Shown here piece by piece: positions 55,655-64,000 of a stretch of 64,000 bases of DNA. The position numbers were made by a program, and so were the translations under genes. The notes under the pieces were generated by a model, which was not told the origin of the DNA, ran no database searches, and was given only the letters and a program-made list of their open reading frames with translations. This DNA is from Chthoniobacteraceae bacterium. Lineage in GTDB: Bacteria > Verrucomicrobiota > Verrucomicrobiia > Chthoniobacterales > Chthoniobacteraceae. The stretch is taken from assembly GCA_040081625.1 (NCBI GenBank), contig JBEBGD010000009.1, positions 36,686-100,685 on the forward strand, read 5' to 3'. Within the stretch, counting starts at the first letter, position 1. The number at the start of each line of letters is the position of its first letter.

Positions 55655-57568
55655 TCAGTAAAAGAATTTGGTGAGACTTAAGAGGACGAGGTTTTCGTAG
55701 TAGGTGTCGCCGGAGAAGGTCGATTCGCGATCGATGTAGGCGTAGCTGAGCTGGCCTATAAATGAGTCGGTGAAGTGGTAACGCAGGTCGAGGTGGACCG
55801 AATGCGAGGTGTATTCCTGCCGGATCTTATCGGATTCTTCATCGGAGCCGCGGTCCGCCGGGAAGAGGAAGCTCGTGCTGTCGGACCAGACGTGTGAGTA
55901 AAAGTAACTCAGGCGTGCGCTGGTGCGAGGGCCCGGCAGCGTGGTCAGCCGGATCCCGGCGCGGAATGATTGCCGCTCATCGTCGGTATCGTCGAGCGCG
56001 TGGTGGACGTTGTAGGAGGCGAGCGCGTCGGCGAAAATCTTCGGCCCGAGCACCTGATGGATGTTGTAGGAGATTCGATCGACGACCTCGGTGGTGAGGT
56101 AGTAATCGAGGACTTCGCGGCCGACGAAGAGCGACTCGAAGGTATAGGGGCCGGCTTGATGGCCCAGTCGCATTCCGGCGATGAAGCGATTCCGGCCGGA
56201 ATCGCCCTGGTGGAACAAGCCGGAGTAAAGGTCCACGATGAGTTGATCGGTGATCGGACCGCGAAGGCCGACGACAGCGAGTTGATTGGGCAGATCCTGC
56301 CCGTCGCTGAGCGTGATCTCGTATCGGGCGTAGGGCTTGAAGCGCAGATTCTCGCGCTGCGAATCGACGAGCACCGCGGCGCCTTCGCGGAACCGCGGCA
56401 AACCGCGCTGACCCTGATTATACCAAAGATCCTCGCGATAGGCTCGCAACTGGACGTGCAACCGGCCGGGATACATGCGGTGGGCGCCGGCCTCGATGCG
56501 GTTGCTGTATTGGCGGGCATCGAGCGAGAAGTCGGTCAGCCGGCTGCTGCTCCGCGAATCACGATCCAACGGACGCTGATGACCCAGGTAGCCGTAACGG
56601 TAGCGTCCCGCCTGGTCGATCTCGTTGAAGCTCGATCCCTCGAACAACGTCTGGTCGTAGATGTAGGACTGGAAGAGTTCGCCGCCTAGCGGGGCGTAAA
56701 TCCGGAACGTATCCGTGACGTAATATTCCCACTCGCCGATCTTGCCGTCCCAGCTCACTTGCGCCGCCGGGATCCGGTTGTCGGTGTCGCTCGTGAGATT
56801 GAGATCGAAAAGCCCGGAGCTGGTCGTCAGGCCCACCTTCCCCTTGAACGGGAGCCAGATCAGCGTGCCGCCCGCGGCGATGCGCAAGCTTTCGGTCAGT
56901 TGCGCCACCACGCTGCCCGAGAGTCGCGCAATGGCGATCGCGCCCGATTCGCGGTTGGTCTCGGTCGCGTTGACATTGTCACTCGCGAGCACCGAGGCAG
57001 AGAGTGCGCGCAGCTTGAAATACAGCGGTCCGACCTTGAGGTCCGCATCCTCCGGTTCGAAGCCGCGCGAGAGCAGGTTGAAGCCGTGGACGCCGTTGAG
57101 GCGGTAGCCCAGGCGAAAGCCCATCACGTCGAGGCTCGTCGCGGCCTGCCCGCCGCCTTCCCCGGGAATCGACTCCCGGAAATTCACTCCGGTCCGGAAA
57201 TTGGAGACCGGCCCCTGATAGCCGATGCCGGTCTCGGCCGCGCCAGTCAGCGGCGAATCCAGCCCCACCTGGCTGTCGCTACGCAGAGGCGTGCGCGTGT
57301 CGCGAAACAAGCTCCGGTAGCGAATGCCCACCTCCGGGTCGGAGCGGAACGCGTCCCGCGGCAGTGGCCCCGGTCTTCCCGAGAGTTGCCCGGTGCCCTC
57401 GGTGATCTCCGTCGTCGGTGCGTCCGGATCATCCTGCGCAAGCACGAGGGCGCTCGCGGATGCGATCGCCATCATGCCGATCAGCGCGAGTTTCCGAAAC
57501 ACACGGCGCCCGCGCGCCGCCGAAAACTCCGCCGACGGCCGGATGTGGCCGGCAGCAGGCTGGCTCAT
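55655..57568 (-). CDS. Outer-membrane beta-barrel protein, polysaccharide-export associated
   Basis: Signal-like segment, Tyr/Arg-rich alternating strands, ends YYENLVLLSLTKFFY. Start uncertain. Confidence 0.65.
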   Translation of the reverse strand: MSQPAAGHIRPSAEFSAARGRRVFRKLALIGMMAIASASALVLAQDDPDAPTTEITEGTGQLSGRPGPLPRDAFRSDPEVGIRYRSLFRDTRTPLRSDSQVGLDSPLTGAAETGIGYQGPVSNFRTGVNFRESIPGEGGGQAATSLDVMGFRLGYRLNGVHGFNLLSRGFEPEDADLKVGPLYFKLRALSASVLASDNVNATETNRESGAIAIARLSGSVVAQLTESLRIAAGGTLIWLPFKGKVGLTTSSGLFDLNLTSDTDNRIPAAQVSWDGKIGEWEYYVTDTFRIYAPLGGELFQSYIYDQTLFEGSSFNEIDQAGRYRYGYLGHQRPLDRDSRSSSRLTDFSLDARQYSNRIEAGAHRMYPGRLHVQLRAYREDLWYNQGQRGLPRFREGAAVLVDSQRENLRFKPYARYEITLSDGQDLPNQLAVVGLRGPITDQLIVDLYSGLFHQGDSGRNRFIAGMRLGHQAGPYTFESLFVGREVLDYYLTTEVVDRISYNIHQVLGPKIFADALASYNVHHALDDTDDERQSFRAGIRLTTLPGPRTSARLSYFYSHVWSDSTSFLFPADRGSDEESDKIRQEYTSHSVHLDLRYHFTDSFIGQLSYAYIDRESTFSGDTYYENLVLLSLTKFFY

Positions 57569-57897
57569 GCCGCGTCGTCGGGGCGCGTCAATTTCTTTAC
57601 CTCGGACCGGACTGTGGGGCGATGCCGCGGCTTGTTGGACCGGAATCGGAAGTAGTGCGGCATCTCATCGCGCCGCACCGAGAAGGGCAGGTAGGCCAGC
57701 AGGCCGACGACTGGCACGGCTGCGACAAAAACCATCCACATCCGCTGCTGCACTGCGCCCATGCCTTGCGAGCGGATGCTTGAGATCGCGCACGCCAGGA
57801 TCACCAGCCAGATCAAGGCGAGGCAGGCGGCCACCCGGAGATCCCAGTAGGCGGTCTGAAAATCGAAACGATACAGCAGTTTATATACAGTGGACAT
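57565..57897 (-). CDS. Small membrane protein, PLDc_N-like helical hairpin
   Basis: Two TM helices with W...V..VPVVGLLAY; stop overlaps the next start. Confidence 0.6.
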   Translation of the reverse strand: MSTVYKLLYRFDFQTAYWDLRVAACLALIWLVILACAISSIRSQGMGAVQQRMWMVFVAAVPVVGLLAYLPFSVRRDEMPHYFRFRSNKPRHRPTVRSEVKKLTRPDDAA

Positions 57898-58019
57898 GGC
57901 GTTGGGCTGGGGGCGTCGGCTGGTAGCACGAACTACTCCAACTCGAACCGAAGTCTTCAAGCAGACTCCCGCACAGAGGGCAACCCCTTAGTTTATGGCC
58001 GCCAAGATTTTGACCAGTC

Positions 58020-59093
58020 TCACAAGCCTGCATCCTCGGTCGGCAGGAACATCCGGAACCGGTTCTTGTCGATCGCCTTCATGTAGGCCTCGTGCGGGCT
58101 CACGATCCCCTGCTGCATCACGTGCCAGATCGCGTCGTCCATGAACTGCATCCCCTGGCCTTTGCCGCCGACGATCACGTCCTGAAGTTTCTGCGTCGCG
58201 CCCTCGCGGATGATCGCGCTCGCGGCCGAGTTCACGACCAGGATTTCGTTCACCGCGAGGCGCCCGCCGCCGTCCAGACGCTTGAGCAGGAGCTGCGCGA
58301 CCACGCCTCGCAGCGAGTTCGCCAGCATCGTGCGGACTTGCGCCTGCTGGTCGCTCGGGAAGACGTCGATCATGCGGTCCACGGTCTTGCGCGCGTTGTT
58401 CGTGTGCAGCGTGCCGAAGACGAGCAGGCCGGTCTCCGCGGCGGTGAGCGCGAGCTGGATGGTCTCCAGGTCGCGCATTTCGCCCACCAGCACGATGTCC
58501 GCGTCCTCGCGCAGCGCCGCCTTGAGCCCCTGCGGGAAATCCGACGAATGCTCCGGCACCTCGCGCTGGGTGATGATCGAGCGCTTGTTCGTATGCACGA
58601 ACTCGATCGGCTCCTCGACGGTGATGATGTGGCGCGAGAAGTTCGCATTGATGTAATCGAGCATCGCCGCAAGCGTCGTCGATTTTCCCGAGCCCGTCGG
58701 CCCCGTCACAAGCACCAGCCCGCCGCGGATGTGGCCGAACTCCTTCACGATCGGCGGGATCCCGAGCTGCTCGAGCGACATGATCTTCGTCGGGATCAGT
58801 CGGAACACGCAGCCGTAGCCGTGCGATTGCTTGAGGAAGTTGCACCGGAACCGCGAGTGCTCATCCATCTCGTAGGCGAAGTCGAGATCGCCGCCCTCGT
58901 TGTAGCGCTCCCAGCGCTCCGGCCCGCACATCTCGCTCATCATGTAGGCCATCTCGTCGTGCGTGAGCACTTCGTTGCGGATCGACACGATCTCGCCGTG
59001 ACGCCGGATTTTCGGCGGCTGCCCCTCGCCGAGGTGCAGATCGCTCGCGCCGGCATTCACGAGGACTTCGAAGAATTGGTCGATGTAGGCCAT
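58020..59093 (-). CDS. pilT: Type IV pilus retraction ATPase (PilT/PilU family)
   Basis: ASDLHL, GPTGSGKSTT, EEPIE, VGEMRD, TLHT. Confidence 0.92.
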   Translation of the reverse strand: MAYIDQFFEVLVNAGASDLHLGEGQPPKIRRHGEIVSIRNEVLTHDEMAYMMSEMCGPERWERYNEGGDLDFAYEMDEHSRFRCNFLKQSHGYGCVFRLIPTKIMSLEQLGIPPIVKEFGHIRGGLVLVTGPTGSGKSTTLAAMLDYINANFSRHIITVEEPIEFVHTNKRSIITQREVPEHSSDFPQGLKAALREDADIVLVGEMRDLETIQLALTAAETGLLVFGTLHTNNARKTVDRMIDVFPSDQQAQVRTMLANSLRGVVAQLLLKRLDGGGRLAVNEILVVNSAASAIIREGATQKLQDVIVGGKGQGMQFMDDAIWHVMQQGIVSPHEAYMKAIDKNRFRMFLPTEDAGL

Positions 59094-59106
59094 GGATCGG
59101 AAAGGC

Positions 59107-60222
59107 TTAGCGGTGCTGCGCGAGGTGCTGGCGCATCAGCACTTTTTGCTCGCAGCGCGCGTAGGCTTCCTCGGCGGAGATCGAGCCGTTGTCGAACAAC
59201 TCGGTGATCGCGTCATCCATCAGCCGCATCCCAGCCTTGCGACTCGTCTGGATGATGCCCGGGAGCATGAAGGTCTTGGCCTCGCGGATCGTGTTCCCGA
59301 CCGCCGGCGAGTTCGTGAGAATCTCCAGCGCCAGCACGCGCCCGCGCCCGTCCTTGCGCGGGATGAGCTGCTGCGAGACGACTCCGCGCAGCGACTCCGA
59401 GACCATGATGCGGATCTGCTCGCGCTGATCGACCGGGAACACATCGAGCACCCGGTCTAGCGTGCGCGAGGCATTGCCGGTGTGCAGCGTCGCCAGCACG
59501 AGGTGGCCCGTCTCCGACGCGGTGATCGCGAGCTGGATCGTCTCCAGATCGCGCATTTCGCCGACCATGATGATGTCCGGATCCTCGCGCAGCGCCCCGC
59601 GCAGCGCCGCGCCAAAGCTGCGCGTATGCGTGTGAACCTCGCGCTGCGTGACGTGGCAGTTCTTCGACTGGATGATGTATTCGATCGGGTCCTCGAGCGT
59701 GATGATGTGGTCGTGCCGCTGCTCGTTGATGTAATCGACCATCGCCGCCAGCGTCGTCGATTTGCCCGAGCCGACCGCGCCCGTCACGAGGATGAGTCCG
59801 TTGTGATACTTCGTGAGCTGCTTGAGCACCTCGGGCAGCTCGAGCTCGTCCATCGTGCGCACCTTCGTGTTGATGATGCGGAAGACGATGTCGATGCCGA
59901 GCCGGTGCCGCACGACCGACGCGCGGAATCGGCCAAGCGAGTTCTGGTAGGCGAAGTCGATGTCGCCGCGCTCCTCGAGCACCTTCTGCTGCTCGGGCGA
60001 GAGGAAGCCGTAAGCGAGCCGCTTCGTGTCCGCGGCGGTGAGCTTGTCGGCTTGCAGCCAGACCGGCTCGAGTCCGCCGAAGCGTCGCCAGATCGGCATC
60101 GCATTCACGCCGAGGTGAATATCCGACGCGTCCGAATCCTGTCCGACTTGCAGGTATTGATCGACGTGGTCCAGCGTGTGGACGGCGCCGTCTTGAGGTC
60201 CGAGGGAGGCTGTTTCGGCCAT
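59107..60222 (-). CDS. pilT: Type IV pilus retraction ATPase (PilT/PilU family)
   Basis: ASDIHL, GAVGSGKSTT, EDPIE, LREDPD, GEMRD. Confidence 0.92.
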   Translation of the reverse strand: MAETASLGPQDGAVHTLDHVDQYLQVGQDSDASDIHLGVNAMPIWRRFGGLEPVWLQADKLTAADTKRLAYGFLSPEQQKVLEERGDIDFAYQNSLGRFRASVVRHRLGIDIVFRIINTKVRTMDELELPEVLKQLTKYHNGLILVTGAVGSGKSTTLAAMVDYINEQRHDHIITLEDPIEYIIQSKNCHVTQREVHTHTRSFGAALRGALREDPDIIMVGEMRDLETIQLAITASETGHLVLATLHTGNASRTLDRVLDVFPVDQREQIRIMVSESLRGVVSQQLIPRKDGRGRVLALEILTNSPAVGNTIREAKTFMLPGIIQTSRKAGMRLMDDAITELFDNGSISAEEAYARCEQKVLMRQHLAQHR

Positions 60223-60243
60223 TTGATGTGGAGCGCGCGATTG

Positions 60244-61440
60244 CTATTTGTCCGCCGCCGCTTTGCAACCCTCAACTTCGCCCAATAGCTCCGCGAGTCG
60301 CTGCGTGCGCAGCCCGTGGAAGGCCAGCAACTCGCGCAGCTGCGCGCGCAATGGCTTAGGGTCGGGCGGATTCGCGAGCCGCTGCGCCGCGATCATCACG
60401 TTCTTGCTCGTGTGCTCCGGCGCGATGAACTCGAACACCCGCGCCTCGTAGCCGTGAATCTCCAGCACCAGCGCGCGGATCGCGTCGGTGAGGATTTCCG
60501 CGTGCCGCTCGAGCAGGATGCCGTGCCGCAGCGCCGGCGCGAGCACCGTGGGCGCGACGATCTGCGGTCGCAGCTCCTGATGGCAGCAGGGCGCCGCGAC
60601 GATGAGCCGCGCGCCGCTGCGCACGCCGAGATGGAGAGCGTCATCAGTCGCCGTGTTGCACGCGTGCAGCGCCACGAGCACATCGAGCGCGCCGCCGGCC
60701 TCGAAGCCCGCAATGTCTCCCGCCACAAATTCCAGCCCGTTCATCGACGATTCGCGCGCCGCGCGGTTCGCGCCTTCCACCAACTCCGCCCGCACCTCGA
60801 TCCCCGTCGTCTTCACCTCGACGCCGCGCCGCTGGAAAAAATCGTGTGCCGCGAAAGTCAGGTAGCCCTTTCCCGCGCCGAGATCGGCGAGCCGCACGCT
60901 CTTCGCCTCGCGCAGCGCCCCACCCTCGACGAGATGGCCGAGGATCTCCGCGAAGCGCTCGATCTGCCGCAGCTTGTCCGCCATGCCCGCCCGCGCGGTG
61001 CCGTCCGCCGCGGTCACGCCGAGCGCCACCAGCCACGGTGCCGCCGCGAGCGCCTTCGCCTTCGGCTTGTCGTGATCGAGCGCCCCTTGCGCGGCGAAGG
61101 TCGGCCGCTTCGCCTTGAGCCGGCCGTCACCCGGGCCGCGCCAGTGCCAGTCGCCTGTCGTGGTGAAAAGATACGCGTGCTCGAACCCGCCATCGAGCAG
61201 CTCATCCACCTCCGCTTCCGCCTCCCGCAGCGGCACGTTCCTGGTCACATCGCGCTGCGAATAGCGCCACACGAACTGCACGCGCCGCCCCTCGCGCAGC
61301 TCGACCAGCCGCGCATACACATTCCGCAGGTGCAGCTCCCCGCTCAACGGTTCGCTCAGCGTCAGCTTCACAAATCTCTCTTCGGCGAGCGCGTCGCGCA
61401 ATTTCTCGAGGAAGCGCTCGCGCGCATTGGCAGGAATCAT
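60244..61440 (-). CDS. SAM-dependent methyltransferase (Methyltransf_32-like)
   Basis: KLRQI, DLGAGKGYLTF, ALHACNTATD, APCCH, EHTSKN. Confidence 0.88.
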   Translation of the reverse strand: MIPANARERFLEKLRDALAEERFVKLTLSEPLSGELHLRNVYARLVELREGRRVQFVWRYSQRDVTRNVPLREAEAEVDELLDGGFEHAYLFTTTGDWHWRGPGDGRLKAKRPTFAAQGALDHDKPKAKALAAAPWLVALGVTAADGTARAGMADKLRQIERFAEILGHLVEGGALREAKSVRLADLGAGKGYLTFAAHDFFQRRGVEVKTTGIEVRAELVEGANRAARESSMNGLEFVAGDIAGFEAGGALDVLVALHACNTATDDALHLGVRSGARLIVAAPCCHQELRPQIVAPTVLAPALRHGILLERHAEILTDAIRALVLEIHGYEARVFEFIAPEHTSKNVMIAAQRLANPPDPKPLRAQLRELLAFHGLRTQRLAELLGEVEGCKAAADK

Positions 61441-61483
61441 TGCTCCCACCTTGCCAGCGTGCGCGATGCGCGCAATGGTCCGC

Positions 61484-61881
61484 GTGGCTGGCCGATGATC
61501 GCTGCGCGGATTTATTCCGTGCAGAGGAAAGTCCGGACACCACCAGGCACCGTGCCGCATAGAATGTGCGGGAGCGTCGGGCGAAAGCCCGGCGCGACGG
61601 AAAGTGTCGCAGAAAACAAACCGCCCGTGGCCGCAAGGCCGCAGGTAAGGGTGAAAAGGCGGGGTAAGAGCCCACCGGCCCGAGAGCGATCGAAGGCGCA
61701 CGACAAACCCCACGCGGTGCAAGGCAGAACAGGAGACGCCGGGCGCCTGGCCCGATCGGCGAAAGCCGGTCCGTCTCCGGGTATTAGCCGCACCTGCGCA
61801 AGCAGGCGGTCCGCGCGAGCGGGCCGAGAGAAATGATCATCCCCGCGCAAGCGGCGACAGAATCCGGCTTATGGCCACCAC
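61484..61881 (+). ncRNA. rnpB: RNase P RNA, bacterial class A
   Basis: GAGGAAAGTCCGG, GGGTGAAA..GGTAAGAGC, AAACCCC..GCAAG, AGAAATGAT, ACAGAATCCGGCTTA. 5' gtggctggcc pairs with 3' ggccaccac. Confidence 0.97.
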
Positions 61882-61884
61882 AAT

Positions 61885-61924
61885 GAAGGCGCTCGCAGCG
61901 AAAGCCGCGGGCGCCTTCGCTTTT
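61885..61924 (+). terminator. Hairpin terminator after rnpB (between convergent genes)
   Basis: gaaggcgctcgcagc-gaaa-gccgcgggcgccttc then gctttt. Confidence 0.75.
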
Positions 61925-61926
61925 CC

Positions 61927-64000
61927 TCACTGTCCGCCGAAAAACTTCCGGAACGATTTCAGCAGTCCCGTCTCAGGCTTGCGCGGTTCATCGCGCCGCG
62001 TGACGACGCTGCCGCGATGCACGTGACACGCATCGTTCGGCACGCGGGCGAGCGGGAGATCAATCGAGTAGGCCGTGCCCGCGCGCTGGCAGGCGTCGGT
62101 CGCGAGTTCGTTCGAGGATGAGCACGCCATCGTTCGCCGCAGATCCGGCGCGGGAAATTCCTTCGCCGGGTAACGCACGGCGGGCGCGGCGGCCATCACG
62201 TCCGCCCAGATCGGCAGCGCGAGCGCGGCGCCGTAGCCTCTGCTCACGATCGTCCGCGGCTGGTCGAGCCCGACCCACACGCCGCACGTGAGCGAGGTCG
62301 TGTAGCCGACGAACCACGCGTCCACGTAATCGTTCGTCGTGCCCGTCTTGCCCGCGCACGGCTTCGCGAAGCCCTCAGCTTTCACGCCTGCGCCGCTGCC
62401 GCGTTCCATCGTCTTCGTCAGCGCGGCCGTGGTCAGCCAGCAGATGCCGGAGTCGAGCATCCGCGGCGCGACGCGCGGCGCGCGGTAGATCGTCTCGCCA
62501 AGCGCGTCGTCGATGCGCTCGATGATGTAGGGCTGCCGCTTGATGCCCTGGTTCGCGACGAGCGCGTAGGCGGAAGCGACGTCGGTGAGCGTGGACTCGA
62601 AGGCGCCGAGGTAGATCGCCGGCTGCCGCGGCACGTCGTCGAATCCCGCCGCCGTCGCGAGGCGGATGACTTCGCCGATGCCGGCGCGTTCGCCCACGCG
62701 GACGCTCATCGTGTTGCGCGACTGGATCAGCCCTTCCTCCGCCGCGAGCGCGCCCTTGAATGCGCCGTCGGAATTTCCCGGCTGCCACGTCGGCGCAGCG
62801 GCGATCTCGCCGCGCCGGATCGGGCCGTCGTCGATGAGCGCGCCGGGCAGCATCCCGCGGCCGAAGGCGGCGGCATAGACGAAGGGCTTGAAGGTCGAGC
62901 CGGTCTGCCGCCGGGCGCTGCGTGCGCGGTTGAGCTGGCTCTCGCCGTAGTCGCGTCCGCCGACGATCGCGCGGATGCTGCCGGTGCGGTGGTCGATCAC
63001 GATCGCCGCGCCCTGGAGGTAAGGCGTCTGCGTCTTCTCATCCTCGGGCAGCGATGCGAAGCGCGAGCGCGGCGGATGCGCGTAGCCGGGGCGTTGCTCG
63101 ATCTTGCGGAGGTTCGCCTCGATCGCCTGCTCGGTGCGTTTTTGCAGCTCGGGATCGATCGTCGTGTAAATCTTGAAGCCGCCCTCGGCCTGTTGCTCGT
63201 CGCTGAGCAGCACCTCGATGTCCTCGCGCACGGCCTCCATCGCGTAGTTCTCCTGGAGCATCAGCCGCGGGCGGCGCGAGAGCGCGATGGGCGCGCGGCG
63301 CGCGGCGTCGGCTTCGCTGCGCGAAAGTTTCCCGGTCTTCACGAGTCGATCGAGCACCTGGTCGCGCTGGGCGAGCGCGCCCTTCATGTTCTTGCGCGGC
63401 GAGTAGTAGGTCGGCGCGCGGATGATCCCCGCGAGCATCGCGCCCTCGCCGAGCGAGAGATCCTTCGCGCTCTTGCCGAAGTAGGCGAGCGACGCCGTCT
63501 CCACGCCATACACGCCGGCGCCGAGATAGACGCGGTTCATGTAGTGCTCGAGGATTTGCTCCTTGGTGTAGTTCTGCTCGATGCGCGCGGCGACGAAGGC
63601 TTCGAGCAGCTTGCGATGCACGTTCTTGCCGCCGAGCGGGAAGGTGTTGCGGGCGAGCTGCTGCGTGATCGTCGAGGCTCCCTGCTTGGCGGATTTCGAG
63701 GTGATGTTTTTCACCAGCGCGCGGGCGATGCCGATCGGGTCCACGCCGTGATGGGTGAAATACCGCGAATCTTCGCGCGCGAGCAGCGGCTCGACGAAGT
63801 TCTTCGACACGTCGCGCCGCGAGACCACGATCCGGTTCTCACCCTGCAGGCGGGAGTAGAGCCTGGCGTCCATGTCGAAGACCATCGAGCGCTGCGGCAT
63901 CTCCTTCACGAGATTCAGGTCGAAGGTGGAAGCCCAGAATCCATAGACGAGCACGATCACGACGAGCACCGCGAAGCCGGCCAGCGCCGCGCGCACGAAC
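61927..64000 (-). CDS. Class A penicillin-binding protein (PBP1A family), 5' end beyond window
   Basis: GT51 motifs EDSRY, GASTITQQL, RKLLE; transpeptidase STFK, SRN, KTG. Confidence 0.93.
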   Translation of the reverse strand, partial: FVRAALAGFAVLVVIVLVYGFWASTFDLNLVKEMPQRSMVFDMDARLYSRLQGENRIVVSRRDVSKNFVEPLLAREDSRYFTHHGVDPIGIARALVKNITSKSAKQGASTITQQLARNTFPLGGKNVHRKLLEAFVAARIEQNYTKEQILEHYMNRVYLGAGVYGVETASLAYFGKSAKDLSLGEGAMLAGIIRAPTYYSPRKNMKGALAQRDQVLDRLVKTGKLSRSEADAARRAPIALSRRPRLMLQENYAMEAVREDIEVLLSDEQQAEGGFKIYTTIDPELQKRTEQAIEANLRKIEQRPGYAHPPRSRFASLPEDEKTQTPYLQGAAIVIDHRTGSIRAIVGGRDYGESQLNRARSARRQTGSTFKPFVYAAAFGRGMLPGALIDDGPIRRGEIAAAPTWQPGNSDGAFKGALAAEEGLIQSRNTMSVRVGERAGIGEVIRLATAAGFDDVPRQPAIYLGAFESTLTDVASAYALVANQGIKRQPYIIERIDDALGETIYRAPRVAPRMLDSGICWLTTAALTKTMERGSGAGVKAEGFAKPCAGKTGTTNDYVDAWFVGYTTSLTCGVWVGLDQPRTIVSRGYGAALALPIWADVMAAAPAVRYPAKEFPAPDLRRTMACSSSNELATDACQRAGTAYSIDLPLARVPNDACHVHRGSVVTRRDEPRKPETGLLKSFRKFFGGQ

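Noticed and set aside
57930..57965. GGTTCGAGT T-loop-like motif on the minus strand
   Set aside because: No cloverleaf or acceptor stem can be built around it.

Overview
High-GC, gene-dense bacterial chromosome segment with about 60 CDSs. It is most likely from the PVC superphylum, probably Verrucomicrobiota. That is an inference from paired PVC-type heme-binding CxxCH dehydrogenase-like proteins, PQQ-like beta-propellers, DUF1080, exosortase/EpsI and short-period palindromic intergenic repeats. Housekeeping genes include pheS, aroE, accD-folC, rpe, cysK, dtd, coaB, mgtE, tandem pilT and a class A PBP, plus a clear class A RNase P RNA (rnpB) with its terminator. I saw no rRNA, tRNA, CRISPR array, transposase, integrase or prophage. 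The most interesting items are: (1) a non-canonical terpenoid locus (DUF116-polyprenyl synthase fusion, prenyltransferase-fold protein, DCC1-like protein, DxDD class II cyclase) split by an opposite-strand phospholipid cassette; (2) a secreted-looking protein made of His/Leu-rich 12-13 aa tandem repeats with no acidic residue in its first 339 aa; (3) a sulfoquinovose-monooxygenase-like LLM enzyme with a Gfo/Idh/MocA enzyme and an MFS transporter in place of the known partners; (4) a membrane-anchored TIR domain with the catalytic Glu apparently replaced by Gln; (5) a family of short-period palindromic elements, one inserted in frame inside a gene; (6) a GH10 enzyme with His at the acid/base position. 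All family assignments come from motif recognition by eye; no database searches were run.
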